A stretch of DNA of 20,000 nt. Source: Chiloscyllium plagiosum (lineage: Eukaryota). The first letter of the stretch is position 1; the number at the start of each line of letters is the position of its first letter. The notes beneath the pieces were generated by a model that saw only the letters and a program-made list of their open reading frames with translations, was not told the DNA's origin and ran no database searches. The DNA is taken from contig NC_057720.1 in assembly GCF_004010195.1 (NCBI RefSeq), positions 19,155,284 through 19,175,283 of the forward strand, written 5' to 3'. Positions 1 through 10,997 of this stretch are shown here, piece after piece. A program made the position numbers and the translations under genes.

Positions 1-215
1 GAGTCAATTCGCTCAGTTGTTTGGATGGCTGGCTTGCGATGTAGAATGAACCAACAGTGTGGCTGGATATATGTACCAGCTGAGGTCACGGTGAAGGCCC
101 TGCTTTCAGAACCTTATCATTTATTTTAGGCATTTGTAATCTTCAGATTAAATTCACCAGCAATCGACTCTCCCCCAGTGAGGAGCAGTCTTTTTTGGGA
201 ACTTGGTGACTTGCA
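1..215 (+). mobile_element. Degenerate SINE-like repeat (probable tRNA-derived head)
   Basis: gctcagttg A-box-like start, then ccaacagtgtgg...taccagctgaggtcac...gaaggccctgc..., resembling a recalled shark SINE; heavily diverged. Confidence 0.4.
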
Positions 216-491
216 CTTCATACATTATTTGAACTACTATCGACATGAAGCTTTCTGGGGATCTTTGTTTCATATCGCATATGCAATTTTCTCAATCGTT
301 AGATAGCGATTTCTGGTTTGCTGTTCATGTTTTTAAAAGACTGTTTTTGAACTGGATGCAGTTACCCTAGCTGCAAAGATAAAATGAATTTGCACTTCCT
401 TTAACGCTTAGAACACTTTTGGATGCCCTAAAACACTACATGGACAAAGATCATGTACCTACATTAATATTAAATGTTATTTTATTTACAG

Positions 492-545
492 GAACCTTGT
501 TAAGAAATATGGTCCCAAACGTTCAAGTAAAGATGAAGAACCCAG
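492..545 (+). CDS. FNBP1L: FNBP1L (Toca-1) internal coding exon, F-BAR domain, 54 bp
   Basis: tttatttacAG acceptor and GTaaag donor. Translates (R)NLVKKYGPKRSSKDEEP(R), matching recalled FNBP1L RNLVKKYCPKRSSKDEEPR. Ends in phase 2 (AG), completed by the first A of the next exon. Confidence 0.93.
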
Positions 546-787
546 GTAAAGACTTGATTATGGGCATATTTAGCATTTGATATCTGTTCAGGGATGGAGA
601 GGAATTTACAGAGACGGAGGATGATGCAGTCGTTGTGAACCATTATAGATGTCAATAATGTAAAGAGAGGTTCTACACAATTGATATGAGGAGCTAGACA
701 CTAAATTATGAAGGAGAACCTCTGGATTGTTATCTGAACCATACGCAAATTGGCATAGGGAAAATATGATTTGAGATGTGAATGATT

Positions 788-905
788 GGCCCCTTGATAT
801 TTGATGGTGTTACCATCACTGAATCTCCCACTATCGATATCTTGCAGGGCAGAAGGTTACCATTGACCAGAAATTGAACTAGATTCACCACATAAACACT
901 GGCTC
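788..905 (+). mobile_element. Short L2/CR1-group LINE fragment (RT C-terminal region)
   Basis: Pieces translate to FDGVTITESPTIDIL...VTIDQKLN*IHHIN, similar to the LGVxIDxxLxWxxHI thumb motif; frameshifted. Confidence 0.6.
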
Positions 906-1835
906 ATTATTTTACCTTCTGATGCATGGAACACTCATTCTCTCTAAAGTTTCAAAACTGTTTCAAAATAACTCAGCATGGAAACAGAAACAAAGTTAAT
1001 TTTGAGCCACCAACAAATAGAAAGCTCTCAAATTATCAAACACTCAAACTAGAAACCACTTCAATAAGTGATATTAAATATGAAGTAGTCCAGCACTATG
1101 TCAACTGTGCCAGTGTTGTTGTCTTCAAGCTACAATATCTTTTTAATGAGGGTCTCTGAAGTCAACAAAAGTGGTCTCAGCCTATAAGGCTGTTGTATTG
1201 ACTAACTCCAATATGAAGTGAAGCGGTGATGGCTGAGGGGAAGGAAACCAACAGGGCACTATGAATTCCACTTCCCCTCACAACAATGCCGCTACTATGG
1301 AACAACCTATAGATCCAAGTTTGGGCTTCAGAGTAATCTCAACACTCAAGCCTGACAGAGGTCATCCTTGTGTGTGAGGGATTGTGGATCATGATGACAG
1401 AGGAAAGTGGGAAAAATGAGGGCCATCTGTTTTGGTTAAAAAATGGTTTTGATCTGTGGTTCTGGACATTTTCATACTACTAGGGTTTCCATATCACCTG
1501 CTGTCAACTTGATGAAGGTTGATTGCAATAATTAGTCAAGAGCTTGTTTTATCATTGTATCATTACCAGGATGGTAGAAGGCAAATTAGATGGGCACATT
1601 TTCACAATTCCTTGGTTCCTGTGAAATTGGTGATCTTTTATACACACAAGATTTCTCACTGTTTTTGAGAGTAATGGATGAGGTGACTAGTTCTCTACTT
1701 TGAAAGTTAAGGATGTTTATACATCTTGCGCCCTTATATTACCAGTCACTGATTAACATCACAAAGACCAATGACAACAATTCGCAAATCACAACTAGTT
1801 TAGCAGTGTCTTTGAATAAAAGCCAATGAGTTGAG

Positions 1836-2880
1836 AACTTGATTGAGTTTTTTGAAGAAGTAACAAAGAATACTGATGAGGGCAGAGCAGTAGATGTGAT
1901 CAATATGGACTTCAGTAAGGCGTTCGACATGGTTCCCCATGGGAGACTGATTAGCAAGGTTAGATCTCATGGAATACAGGGAGAACTTGGCATTTGGAAC
2001 CAGAACTGGCTCAAAGGTAGAAGATAGAGGGTGGTGGTGGTAGAGGGTTGCTTTTCAGACTGGAGGCCTGTGACCAGTGGAGTGCCACAAGGATCGGTGC
2101 TGGGCTCTTTACTTTTTGTCATTTACACAAATGATTGGATGCGAGCATAAGAGGTACAGTTAGTAAGTTTGCAGATGACACCAAAATTGGAGGTGTAGTG
2201 GACAGAGAAGAGGGTTACCTCAGATTACAACAGGATCTGGACCAGATGGGCCAATGAGCTGAGAAGTGGCTTTAATTCAGATAAATGTGAGGTGCTGCAT
2301 TTTGGGAAAGCAAATCTTAGCAGGACCTATACACTTAATGGTAAGGTCCTAGGGAGTGTTGCTGAACAAAGAGACCTTGGAGTGCAGGTTTATAGCTCCT
2401 TGAAAGTGGAGTCTCAAATCGATAGGATAGTGAAGAAGGCTTTTGGTATGCTGGTCAGAGTATTGAGTACAGGAGTAGGGAGGTCATGTTGCGGCTGTAC
2501 AGGACACTGAGGGGTGACCTTATAGAGGTTTACAAAATTATGAGGGGCATGGATAGGATAGTCTTTTCCCTGGGGTGGAGGAGTCCAGAACTAGAGGACA
2601 TAGGTTAGGGTGAGAGGGGAAAGATATAAGAGAGACCTAAGGAGCAACTTTTTCACGCAGAGGGTGGTACCTGTATGGAATGAGCTGCCAGAGGATGTGG
2701 TGGGGCTGGTACAATTGCAACATTTAAGAGGCATTTGGATGGGTATATGAATAGGAAGGGTTTGGAGGGGTATGTGCCGGGTGCTGGCAAGTGGGATTAG
2801 ATTGGTTTGGGATATCTGGTCGGCATGGACAGGTTGGACCGAAGGGTCTGTTTCCATGCTGTACATCTCTCTAACTCTAT
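1836..2880 (+). mobile_element. CR1 LINE (HER1-like), 5'-truncated, copy 1
   Basis: RT motifs [40 protein letters not shown]. 3' UTR ends catctctctaactctat. About 175 bp internal deletion at ~2506 relative to copy 2. Imperfect TSD atgagttgag (1826-1835) / atgggtggag (2881-2890). Confidence 0.93.
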
Positions 2881-3133
2881 ATGGGTGGAGGCAGAAATTG
2901 AAGGCTGTAGGTTTTGAGATAGAAAGGATTTGCATTTCACTTTCTGATTAAGTCTCCCAACACATTGTTTACATTTGATTGCTTCTGCATAGGCTTTGAA
3001 AGTCTCAAATCTATCATATCTTGTCCCTAGTTATATCTCAATTCAATGCTCCTTCATTATGTACTTGCTCATATTGCATCCAAATTCATCTCGTGTGTGA
3101 TGTTTACATTGACACATGATTTAGAGGTGTCGA

Positions 3134-3697
3134 TGTTAGGTTCTTTTCCCAAGGTTTTCCACACGAGATACAATTTGCGCACACCAAATTCTGTAAACAG
3201 TTAAGGTTTATTAAAGCTTGTACAATTTCGGTGACCCTTTTAGATCCCCCTCACAGGCATTCGATGTTGAGTCAAAGTGAGACACTGAACAAAGAAAACA
3301 CATCCCCTTTCTCCAGGTCAGTTGGCCATGCTTACAGATGCTCTGGCCAATCCCCCACAGTCACATGCCCCTCAAGACATACCCCAGTTACTCACAGTCA
3401 CATGTTATTCCAGGTACAATGGCACGATGAGATCATCCTTTGAAATAATGCAAATGCTAATGCCCTAATCGTGGGGAATCGTTATGCAGACAATTTCCTG
3501 ACTCAGTGATTTTCCCAAGACAATGTAAGTGCAAAATAGCTCTGGCCAGAAAACATTTCTGAATGGAAGAAATTGAACGATAGTTTAACTTGACAATAGC
3601 AAGGGGAATAGTAGCAATGATGTCTAATTGGGGTGTGGGTGATTCGCATTCTTGCCTATCGTCCCCACCCAAAGATAATGCAGTTTAACCCTTAACA
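3134..3697 (-). mobile_element. Probable solo LTR (~564 bp)
   Basis: Minus strand starts TGTTAAGGGTT and ends AACCTAACA (TG...CA with TGTTA/TAACA terminal inverted repeat). AATAAA on the minus strand at 3207-3212, about 70 bp before the end. No clear TSD. Confidence 0.6.
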
Positions 3698-3819
3698 TTA
3701 TATTGTCCAGAGAGAGATTCCCATTTAATCTTTTAAATTTACACCCATGTTGGACTGGGGTGGACAAAGTTAAAAAATCACATAACTCCAGATTACAGTC
3801 CAACAGGCTTATTTGAAAG

Positions 3820-3855
3820 CACTAGCTTTCGAGGTGCTGCCTCTTCATCAGTTGG
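3820..3855 (-). ncRNA. Minimal hammerhead ribozyme motif (PLE type)
   Basis: Minus strand reads CTGATGA-A-GAGG-cagca-CCTC-GAAA-GCTA: intact core, perfect 4-bp stem II, palindromic AGCT in place of stem III. Confidence 0.65.
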
Positions 3856-4015
3856 TTGTGGAACATGACCATATGACACAGAATGTACAACAAACAAGTT
3901 ACAGTGTCATGGAGTTGTAATGATATATTAAACTTTAGTTGTTTAATCTCTCTTTACAACTTCATGACACTAACTTGTTTGCTATAAATTCCGTCCATAT
4001 GGTCATATTCCACAA

Positions 4016-4052
4016 CCAACTGATGAAGAGGCAGCGCTCCGAAAGCTAGTGC
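4016..4052 (+). ncRNA. Minimal hammerhead ribozyme motif (PLE type)
   Basis: CTGATGA (4020-4026)-agaggcagcgctcc-GAAA (4041-4044)-GCTA; stem II imperfect. Confidence 0.55.
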
Positions 4053-4239
4053 TTCCAAATAAACCTGTTAGACTATAACCTGGTGTTGTGTGGTTTTTAC
4101 AGTGACACAGTTTCCCATTTATTTGTTCAATTACATGATACTGCACTTTAACTTGGTCATTTATAGATTATTTTAACTATTGTTTTGTTGCCCAATTTTA
4201 CATATATTTTTACTAAGGCTGATGCTTTGCCTGTATTAG

Positions 4240-4359
4240 CGTATGGATGAAAATGGAATAGTGTAGGATAGATGGGCTTCAGATTGGTTCCACAGGTCAG
4301 CGCAACTTCGAGGGCCGATAGGACTGTACAGCGCTGTAATGTTCTATGTCTGTGTTCTA
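4240..4359 (+). mobile_element. CR1 3'-terminal fragment (different subfamily)
   Basis: gagggccgataggactgtacagcgctgtaatgttctatgtctgtgttcta: CR1-type 3' stem-loop plus a TTCTATG-like tail; about 95 bp upstream of the 148-bp exon. Confidence 0.75.
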
Positions 4360-4453
4360 ACATATTTTACCTGACAAAATCAGTCACTTTCTGTCCCCAT
4401 TGAGGAATTTAACAATATTGCCTGCACTAATTCTAATTATTTTGTTTCTGCAG

Positions 4454-4601
4454 ATTTACCTACTGTCAATCCTTCTTTCAAGTTCTTAATGAACTCAATG
4501 ACTATGCAGGCCAACGTGAAGTTGTTGCAGAAGAGATAGGCCATAGAGTCTATGGGGAGCTCATGAGATATTCTCATGAACTAAAAATGGAAAGGAAAGC
4601 T
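4454..4601 (+). CDS. FNBP1L: FNBP1L internal coding exon, F-BAR domain, 148 bp
   Basis: tttgtttctgcAG acceptor and GTgagt donor. Translates FTYCQSFFQVLNELNDYAGQREVVAEEIGHRVYGELMRYSHELKMERKA, with the CIP4/FBP17/Toca-1 motif NDYAGQxE. Confidence 0.96.
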
Positions 4602-6164
4602 GTGAGTGTTCTCTCATTTATTTTCTTTACATGATGAAATGTAGACTTCAAACTAATTTTAGATTCTTTACTTTTTGTTGAAAAGAAATGCAGAACTCTG
4701 ATTGTGATGGACAGAAAAGTTAATGCAATACAGTTCATAAAATAATTACAGATGAGGGAGCCATATATCCAAATTCATCTGTCCTGAAAGATCCAAATAC
4801 CTGCATTGTACCATCAAGTTATTTCTGAAATGCTTTACAAATATTTTCATTCATTGCTTTATCTGTATCTCTATGCATTGCCCATTCTTGATGTTAGTCC
4901 TAAATTTATTTTTTTTACTGCTTTAAATTTACATTTCCCTTGTCCTATTATGGCAATTTAATTTGAAATGATGCTGTAAGTTTAATGCTACGTATTGTGT
5001 CTTGTATACATGCACAAATTTATTTCCTAGATGCTGCCTTAACAGATGACAAGCAACTTTTTTTTCCAGTATTTATTCAAAACTTAAGACTATTGACCCT
5101 TTTGAGTTTAACCTCCCAGTTCTTCTGCACTGACTAGCAAAGAATCAGTTGCAAGTTTTATTTAACATCAGTGTTGAAAAAAGAATGCTCTTCAGTTATG
5201 GTTCTCTGTCCATTGTTAATAAGGTTATAATGTGAAATATTTAACCTAATTCCTGAATGGATAATTGTTCTGCACGTAATATGATATTAGAGTTTAAGAA
5301 CAATTTCCCTAAATTATGTTCTACCTCCTCCTCCCAGAATATCTTTTCCCCAGATACAATGGTCAATGATCAATCACTTACACACTGTCAGGATTTCTGG
5401 AGTTTCCATGGGCATAGAGGGTGGGCAGAGTGAATGTTATATCTGAAGCTTGACCCATGTAAGCTCGAAATTATTGATCAAGATGCATGTTGGAAAAGAT
5501 TTGACATTAAGGAGAGAGACAAAAACTGGGAGAACAAATGGAAACAATTGGTGTTCCTGTCCTGGACCAATGTTAGTATGTCTCTGCATTTTCCAGTAGG
5601 AATCTTTTTAATGTTCAGGAGTAGAACAGATGCTGATGTTGTATTCTGCTCTGCCTTTGCTAGGCATACTGTGGTGCCCCACGTGCTGACAATTTTTGTT
5701 TTGTTTTAAAATATAGTTGTATCAATAGAATTAACTTGTACAAACATAGTTTATTTAATGTCCAAAAACCGTCCAGTACTTTAAAAGGAACAATTAAAAT
5801 TGATGCATAGTCAAAGAAGGAGATGCTTGGAGCAATGGCAAGTAGCTTGATCAGAGTGTCGTTTTGGGGGATGGTGTGTAAGGAGGATGGAGAGCCATAA
5901 AGTTTTTGTGCTTGAATCCGAGGTGATGGATAAGCGATTGAAAGCACAGTTGCTGATAATGGGATGAAAGGATTGCAGGATGTGTAAGATAACTCAGAAT
6001 TATAAACTGGAGGGATGTGGTTATTGCATTGAGTGATGTAAAAACCAGTATAAATTTTTTTAAGTTAGAAGCTTTGGTGGAGCAGTATCAGTCATCAAAC
6101 AGATGTTTTGGTGAGGAGGACTTGATACATGTAAGCATACAGGCAGAGCAATTTGAAAATGATA

Positions 6165-6222
6165 ACCTAGTGGTATTATCATGAGAATAATAATCCAGAG
6201 ACTGAAGTAATGTTCTGGGGAC
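6165..6222 (+). mobile_element. 5' head of a tRNA-derived SINE, truncated
   Basis: cctagtggtattatc...taatccagagac...taatgttctggggac. A-box present; the sequence stops just before the expected B-box, where a PLE fragment begins. Confidence 0.5.
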
Positions 6223-6305
6223 AAAAACAGAAATTGCTGGAAAAGCTCATCTGTGGAAAGAAATCAGAGTTAACGTTTTGGGTCCTGTGACCCCTCTTCA
6301 GAACT
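6221..6305 (-). mobile_element. Penelope-like terminal fragment with decayed hammerhead
   Basis: Minus strand reads AGTT-CTGAAGA-G-GGGTC-acag-GACCC-aAAAC-GTT-AACT. Stems I and II are perfect; GAAA has become AAAA (CpG decay). Confidence 0.75.
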
Positions 6306-6495
6306 TTATTTTTTTGATGCCTGGAAAGAAAAGGAAAAGCTTCTTGTAAGCATGTTGAATGAGCCGGAGGTAGAAATGTAACTGGTGAGCAGAACAGCTC
6401 TGAGCCAGTGTGAAGCGGTGCTGTTGGTGAGAGGTTGCATATGACAATGCATGGCACAGTGTGTGGATCTCAGGATGAGGCAAGAACAGCATGGA

Positions 6496-7708
6496 GTTTT
6501 TTGAAGACGTAACAAAGAGGATTGATTAGGGCAGAGTCATAGATGTGATCTACATGTACTTCAGTAAGGCGTTCAACAAGTTCCTCATGGTAGACTCGTT
6601 AGGAAGGTTAGATCATGTGGAATATAGGGAGAACGAGCAATTTGGATACAGAACTGGCTCAAAGGTAGAAGACAGAGGGTGGTGGTGGAGGGTTGTTTTT
6701 CAGACTGGAGGCCTGTGACCAGTGGAGTGCCACAAGGATCGTTGCTGGGTCCAATGATTTGGATGTGAGCATTCGAGGTACAGTTAGTAAGTTTGCAGAT
6801 GGTGCCAAAATTGGTGGTGTAGTGGACAGTGAAGAAAGTTTCCTCCGTATACAGCGGGATCTTGATCAGATGGGCCAATGGACCGAGGAATGGTAGATGG
6901 AGTTTAATTTAGATAAATGTCAGGTACTGCATTTTGGAAAGGCAAATCAGAGCAAGACTTATACACACAATGGTAAGGTCTTGAGAATGTCACTGAACAA
7001 AAAGACCTTGGAATGTGCGTTCATAGTTTCTTGAAAGTGGGGTCTCGGGTAAATAGGATAGTGAAGAAGGTGCTTGGTATGGTTGGTCAGTGCATTTGAG
7101 TATAGGAGTTGGGAGGTCATGTTGTGGCTGTACAAGGCATTGATTAGACCACTTTTGGAATACTGCGTTAAATTTTCTGGTCTCCCTGCTATAAGAAAGA
7201 TGTTGTGATATTTGAAAGGGTTCAGATAAGATTTACGAGGATGTTGCTAGAGTTGGAGGGTTTGAGCTGTATGGAGAGGCTCAATAGTGGGGCTATATTC
7301 CTTGGAGCATTGGTGGCTGAGGAGTAACCTTATACAGGTTTATAAAATCATAAGGGGCATGGATAGGGTGAGTAGACAAGGTCCTTTCCCTGGGCTGGGG
7401 TAGTCCAGAACTAAAGGGCATAGGTTTAAGATGAGAGTGGAAAGATTTCAAAGGGACCTAAGGAGCAATGTTTTCACAAGCATGTGGTGCATGTATGGAA
7501 TGAGTTGCCAGAGGAAGTGGTAGAGCTTGGTACAATTGCAATGTTTAAAAGGCATTTGGATGGGTATATGAATAGGAAGGGTTCAGGGGGATATGGGCCA
7601 AATGCTGGCAAATGAGACTAGATTTATGTAGACTATCTGGTCAGCATGGATGAGGTGGATGAAAGGTCTGCATCCATGCTGTACATTTCCATGGCTCTTT
7701 TACTCTAT
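6496..7708 (+). mobile_element. CR1 LINE, 5'-truncated, copy 2
   Basis: Homologous to 1836-2880 (FSKAFNK, SGVPQGS, SKFADGAK) with multiple frameshifts. Tail atggctcttttactctat. Candidate TSD GCATGGA at 6489-6495 and 7714-7720. Confidence 0.92.
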
Positions 7709-7882
7709 ACCATGCATGGAATAAAATTCAAAATCTAAATGTACAAATCTGTAATTATAGACCTGACACATTATCTAATCTCATGTGAAAATGGGTAACA
7801 ATTGTAACACTGACTTTAGTATTACTAGACTGTTATCCAATTTCATGATTGAATACTTGGAGGTTGTTTTTTGTTTTTGCAG

Positions 7883-7945
7883 CACCTACAAGAAGGACGT
7901 AAAGCCCAGCAGTACCTTGACACATGCTGGAAACAGATGGATAAT
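7883..7945 (+). CDS. FNBP1L: FNBP1L internal coding exon, F-BAR domain, 63 bp (phase 0/0)
   Basis: ttgtttttgcAG acceptor and GTaagc donor. Translates HLQEGRKAQQYLDTCWKQMDN, in frame with both neighbouring exons. Confidence 0.96.
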
Positions 7946-8164
7946 GTAAGCTTCCTGATTTTCTCTTTCAAACTCTATTCTGGCAAGAACTGAGGTGTTG
8001 TCACCATAATTGCATCATTTTAAAATCAGGACTTGAGACCAGGATTGAAAGAGGGGCTTATCTCTTGGAGGGTGGAGGATTGTCAGAGATCACTGACAGA
8101 GGGGTGGGGCCATTGAGGAACCCGATGAGAATTTTAGTTTTGGTAGAGATTCTCTCTGGATTCT

Positions 8165-8352
8165 AACTCCTGCCAAGTTAGCTTAAATTTTTTCCAGCAG
8201 CACAAGCTAACCTCCCCACGAGGATGTGGTCCCATTCCAGTTTAGGTTGTACAGGTCCCACCACTGCAAAATTGGTCCCAGAAATCTAAAGCACATCTTT
8301 TTGCACTATCTCTCCAGCCACGCATTCATCTGGACTAATCTCCTATTCCTAA
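8165..8352 (-). mobile_element. Older CR1 ORF1 (esterase/SGNH-like) fragment
   Basis: Minus strand gives RNRRLVQMNAWLER*CKK...FRFLG. Similar to the ORF1 end at 10870-10997 but more diverged. Confidence 0.6.
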
Positions 8353-8406
8353 TGTCCTTGTTAAAATTGACTCCATTTTATTGAACTATGTGAGCAACTT
8401 GGCATG

Positions 8407-10997
8407 TAGAGTCATAGAGATGTGCAACACGGAAACAGACCCTTCGGTCCAACCTGTCCATGCCGACCAGATATCCCAACCCAATCTAGTCCCACCTGCC
8501 AGCACCCGGCCCATATCCCTCCAAACCCTTCCTATTCATATACCCATCCAAATGCCTCTTAAATGTTGCAATTGTACCATCCTCCACCACANNNNNNNNN
8601 NNNNNNNNNNNNNNNNNNNNNNNNNNNNNNNNNNNNNNNNNNNNNNNNNNNNNNNNNNNNNNNNNNNNNNNNNNNNNNNNNNNNNNNNNNNNNNNNNNNN
8701 NNNNNNNNNNNNNNNNNNNNNNNNNNNNNNNNNNNNNNNNNNNNNNNNNNNNNNNNNNNNNNNNNNNNNNNNNNNNNNNNNNNNNNNNNNNNNGGGTAAC
8801 CCTCTTCGCTGTCCACTACACCTCCAATTTTGGTGTCATCTGCAAACTTACTAACTATACTTCTTATGCTCGCATCCAAATCATTAATGTAAATGACAAA
8901 AAGTAGAGGACCCAGCACCCATCCTTGTGGCACTCCACTGGTCACAGGCCTCCAGTCTGAAAAACAACCCACCACAACCACCCTCTGTCTTCTACCTTTG
9001 AGCCAGTTCTGTATCCAAATGGCTAGTTCTCCCTGTATTCCATGAGATCTAACCTTGCTATGGGGAACCTTGTCGAACGCTTTACTGAAGTCCATATAGA
9101 TCACATCTACCGCTCTGCTCTCATCAATCCTCTTTGTTACATCTTCAAAAAAACTCAAATCAAATTTGTGAGACATGATCTCCCTCACACAAAGCTGTGT
9201 TGACTATCCCTAATCAGTCCTTGCCTTTCCAAATACATGTACATCCTGTCCTTCAGGATTCCCTCCAACAACTTGCCCACCACCAACATTAGGCTCACTG
9301 GTCTATAGTTCCCTGTCTTGTCCTTGCCACTCTTCTTAAACAGTGGCACCATGTTAGCCAACCTCCAGTCTTCCAGCACCTCACCTGTGACTATTGATGA
9401 TACAAATATCTCAGCATCAGGCCCAGCAATCACTTTTCTAGCTTCCCACCGTGTTCTAGGGTACACCTGATCAGGTCCTGGGGATTTATCCACCTTTATG
9501 CATTTCAAGACATCCAGCACTTCCTCCTCTGTAATATGAACATTTTGCAAGGTGTCACCATATATTTTGCTACTTTCTATATCTTGCATATCCTTTTCCA
9601 CTGTAAATACTGATGCAAAATACTCGTTTCGTATCTTCCCCCATTTTCTGCGGCTCCACATAAAGGCCGCCTTGCTGATTTCTGAGGGGCCCTATTCTCT
9701 CCCCAGTTACCCTCTTGTCCTTAATGTATTTGTAAAAACTCTTTGGATTCTCCTTCATTGTATTTGCCAAAGCTATCTCATGTCCCCTTTTTGCCCTCCT
9801 GATTTCCATCTTAAGTATACTCCTACTTCCTTTATACTCTTCTAAGGATTCACTCGATCTATCCTGTCTATACCTTACATATACTTCCTCTTTTTTCTTA
9901 ACCAAACCCTCAATTTCTTTAGTCATCCAGCATTCTTTACATGTACCAGCCTTTCCTTTCACCTTAACAGGAATATACTTTCTCTAGATTCTTGTTATCT
10001 CATTTCTGAAGGCCTCCCATTTTCCAGCCGTCCCTTTACCTGCGAACATCTGCCCCCAATTAACTTTTGAAAGTTCTTGCCTAATACAGACAAAATTGGC
10101 CTTTCTCCAATTTAGAACTTCAACTTTTAGATCTGGTCTATCCTTTTCTATCACTATTTTAAAACTAATAGAATTATGGTCGCTGGCCACAAAGTGCTCT
10201 CCCACGGACACCTCAGTCACCTGCCCTGCCTTATTTCCCAAGAGTAGGTCAAGTTTTGCACCTTCTCTAGTAGGTACATCCACATACTGATCCAGAAAAT
10301 TTTCTTGTACACACTTAACAAATTCCTCTCCATCTAAACTTTTAACACTATCGCAGTCCCAGTCTATGTTTGGAAAGTTAAAATCCCTTCCCATAACCAC
10401 CCTATTATTGTTACAGATAGCTGAGATCTCCTTACAAGTTTGTTTCTCAATTTCCCTCTGACTATTAGGGGGTCTATAATACGATCCCAATAAGGTGATC
10501 ATCCCTTTCTTATTTCTCAGTTCCACCCAAATAACTTCCCTGGATGTATTTCCCGGAATATCCTCAACACAGCTGTAATGCTATTCTTTATCAAAAATGC
10601 CTTCCTATAGCATTTGTATCCTGAAACATTAAGCTGCCAGACCTGCCCATCCTTGAGCCACGTTTCTGTAATTGCTATGCTATCCCAGTCCCATGTTCCT
10701 AACCATGCCCTGAGTTCATCTGTTATGCCCCTTGCATTGAAATAAATGCAGTTAATATATTAGTCCTATCTTGTCCCTGCCTGCCCTGACTGTTTGACTC
10801 GCTTCTGTTCTCAACTGTACCAGTCTCTATCCTCACTATCTCCTTTGGTCCCACCCCCCCCACCTTACTAGTTTAAATCCTCCCGAGCAGCTCTAGCACC
10901 CTGCCAGTATATTAGTCCCCTTCCAATTTAGGTGCGAACCGTCCTCCTTGTGGAGGTCACGTCCACCCGAAAAGAGAATCCAATGGTCCAAAAAAAT
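8407..10997 (-). mobile_element. CR1 LINE, copy 3: ORF1 esterase C-terminus, disrupted ORF2 (APE endonuclease + RT) and 3' UTR
   Basis: ORF1 end FLDHW...DGSHLNWKGTNILAG. APE motifs YYRPP, DFNFPNIDW, LDLLL, SDHN. RT motifs KSPGPD, NYRPVSL, DFSKAFD, GVPQG, FADDTK. Tail catctctatgactcta. Contains gap 8592-8793. Confidence 0.95.
8592..8793. other. Assembly gap (202 N)
   Basis: Run of N. Confidence 1.

Larger units (their letters stand above)
3749..4099. mobile_element. Fold-back (palindromic) element made of two inverted Penelope-like terminal repeats
   Basis: Arm 3772-3920 is an imperfect reverse complement of arm 3954-4099, with a 33-bp spacer. Each arm has CTGATGA...GAAAGCTAG followed by an AATAAA or AATAAG. 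Confidence 0.85.

Noticed and set aside
5400..6490. Purine-rich stretches resembling ancient antisense L2 remnants (also ~590-780 and ~8030-8140), and ORFs 5434..5709 and 5660..5947
   Set aside because: Too decayed to assign or delimit by eye; the ORFs have no recognisable motifs.
8407..10997. Potentially active CR1
   Set aside because: ORF2 is broken by several frameshifts and small deletions, and ORF1 is mostly missing.
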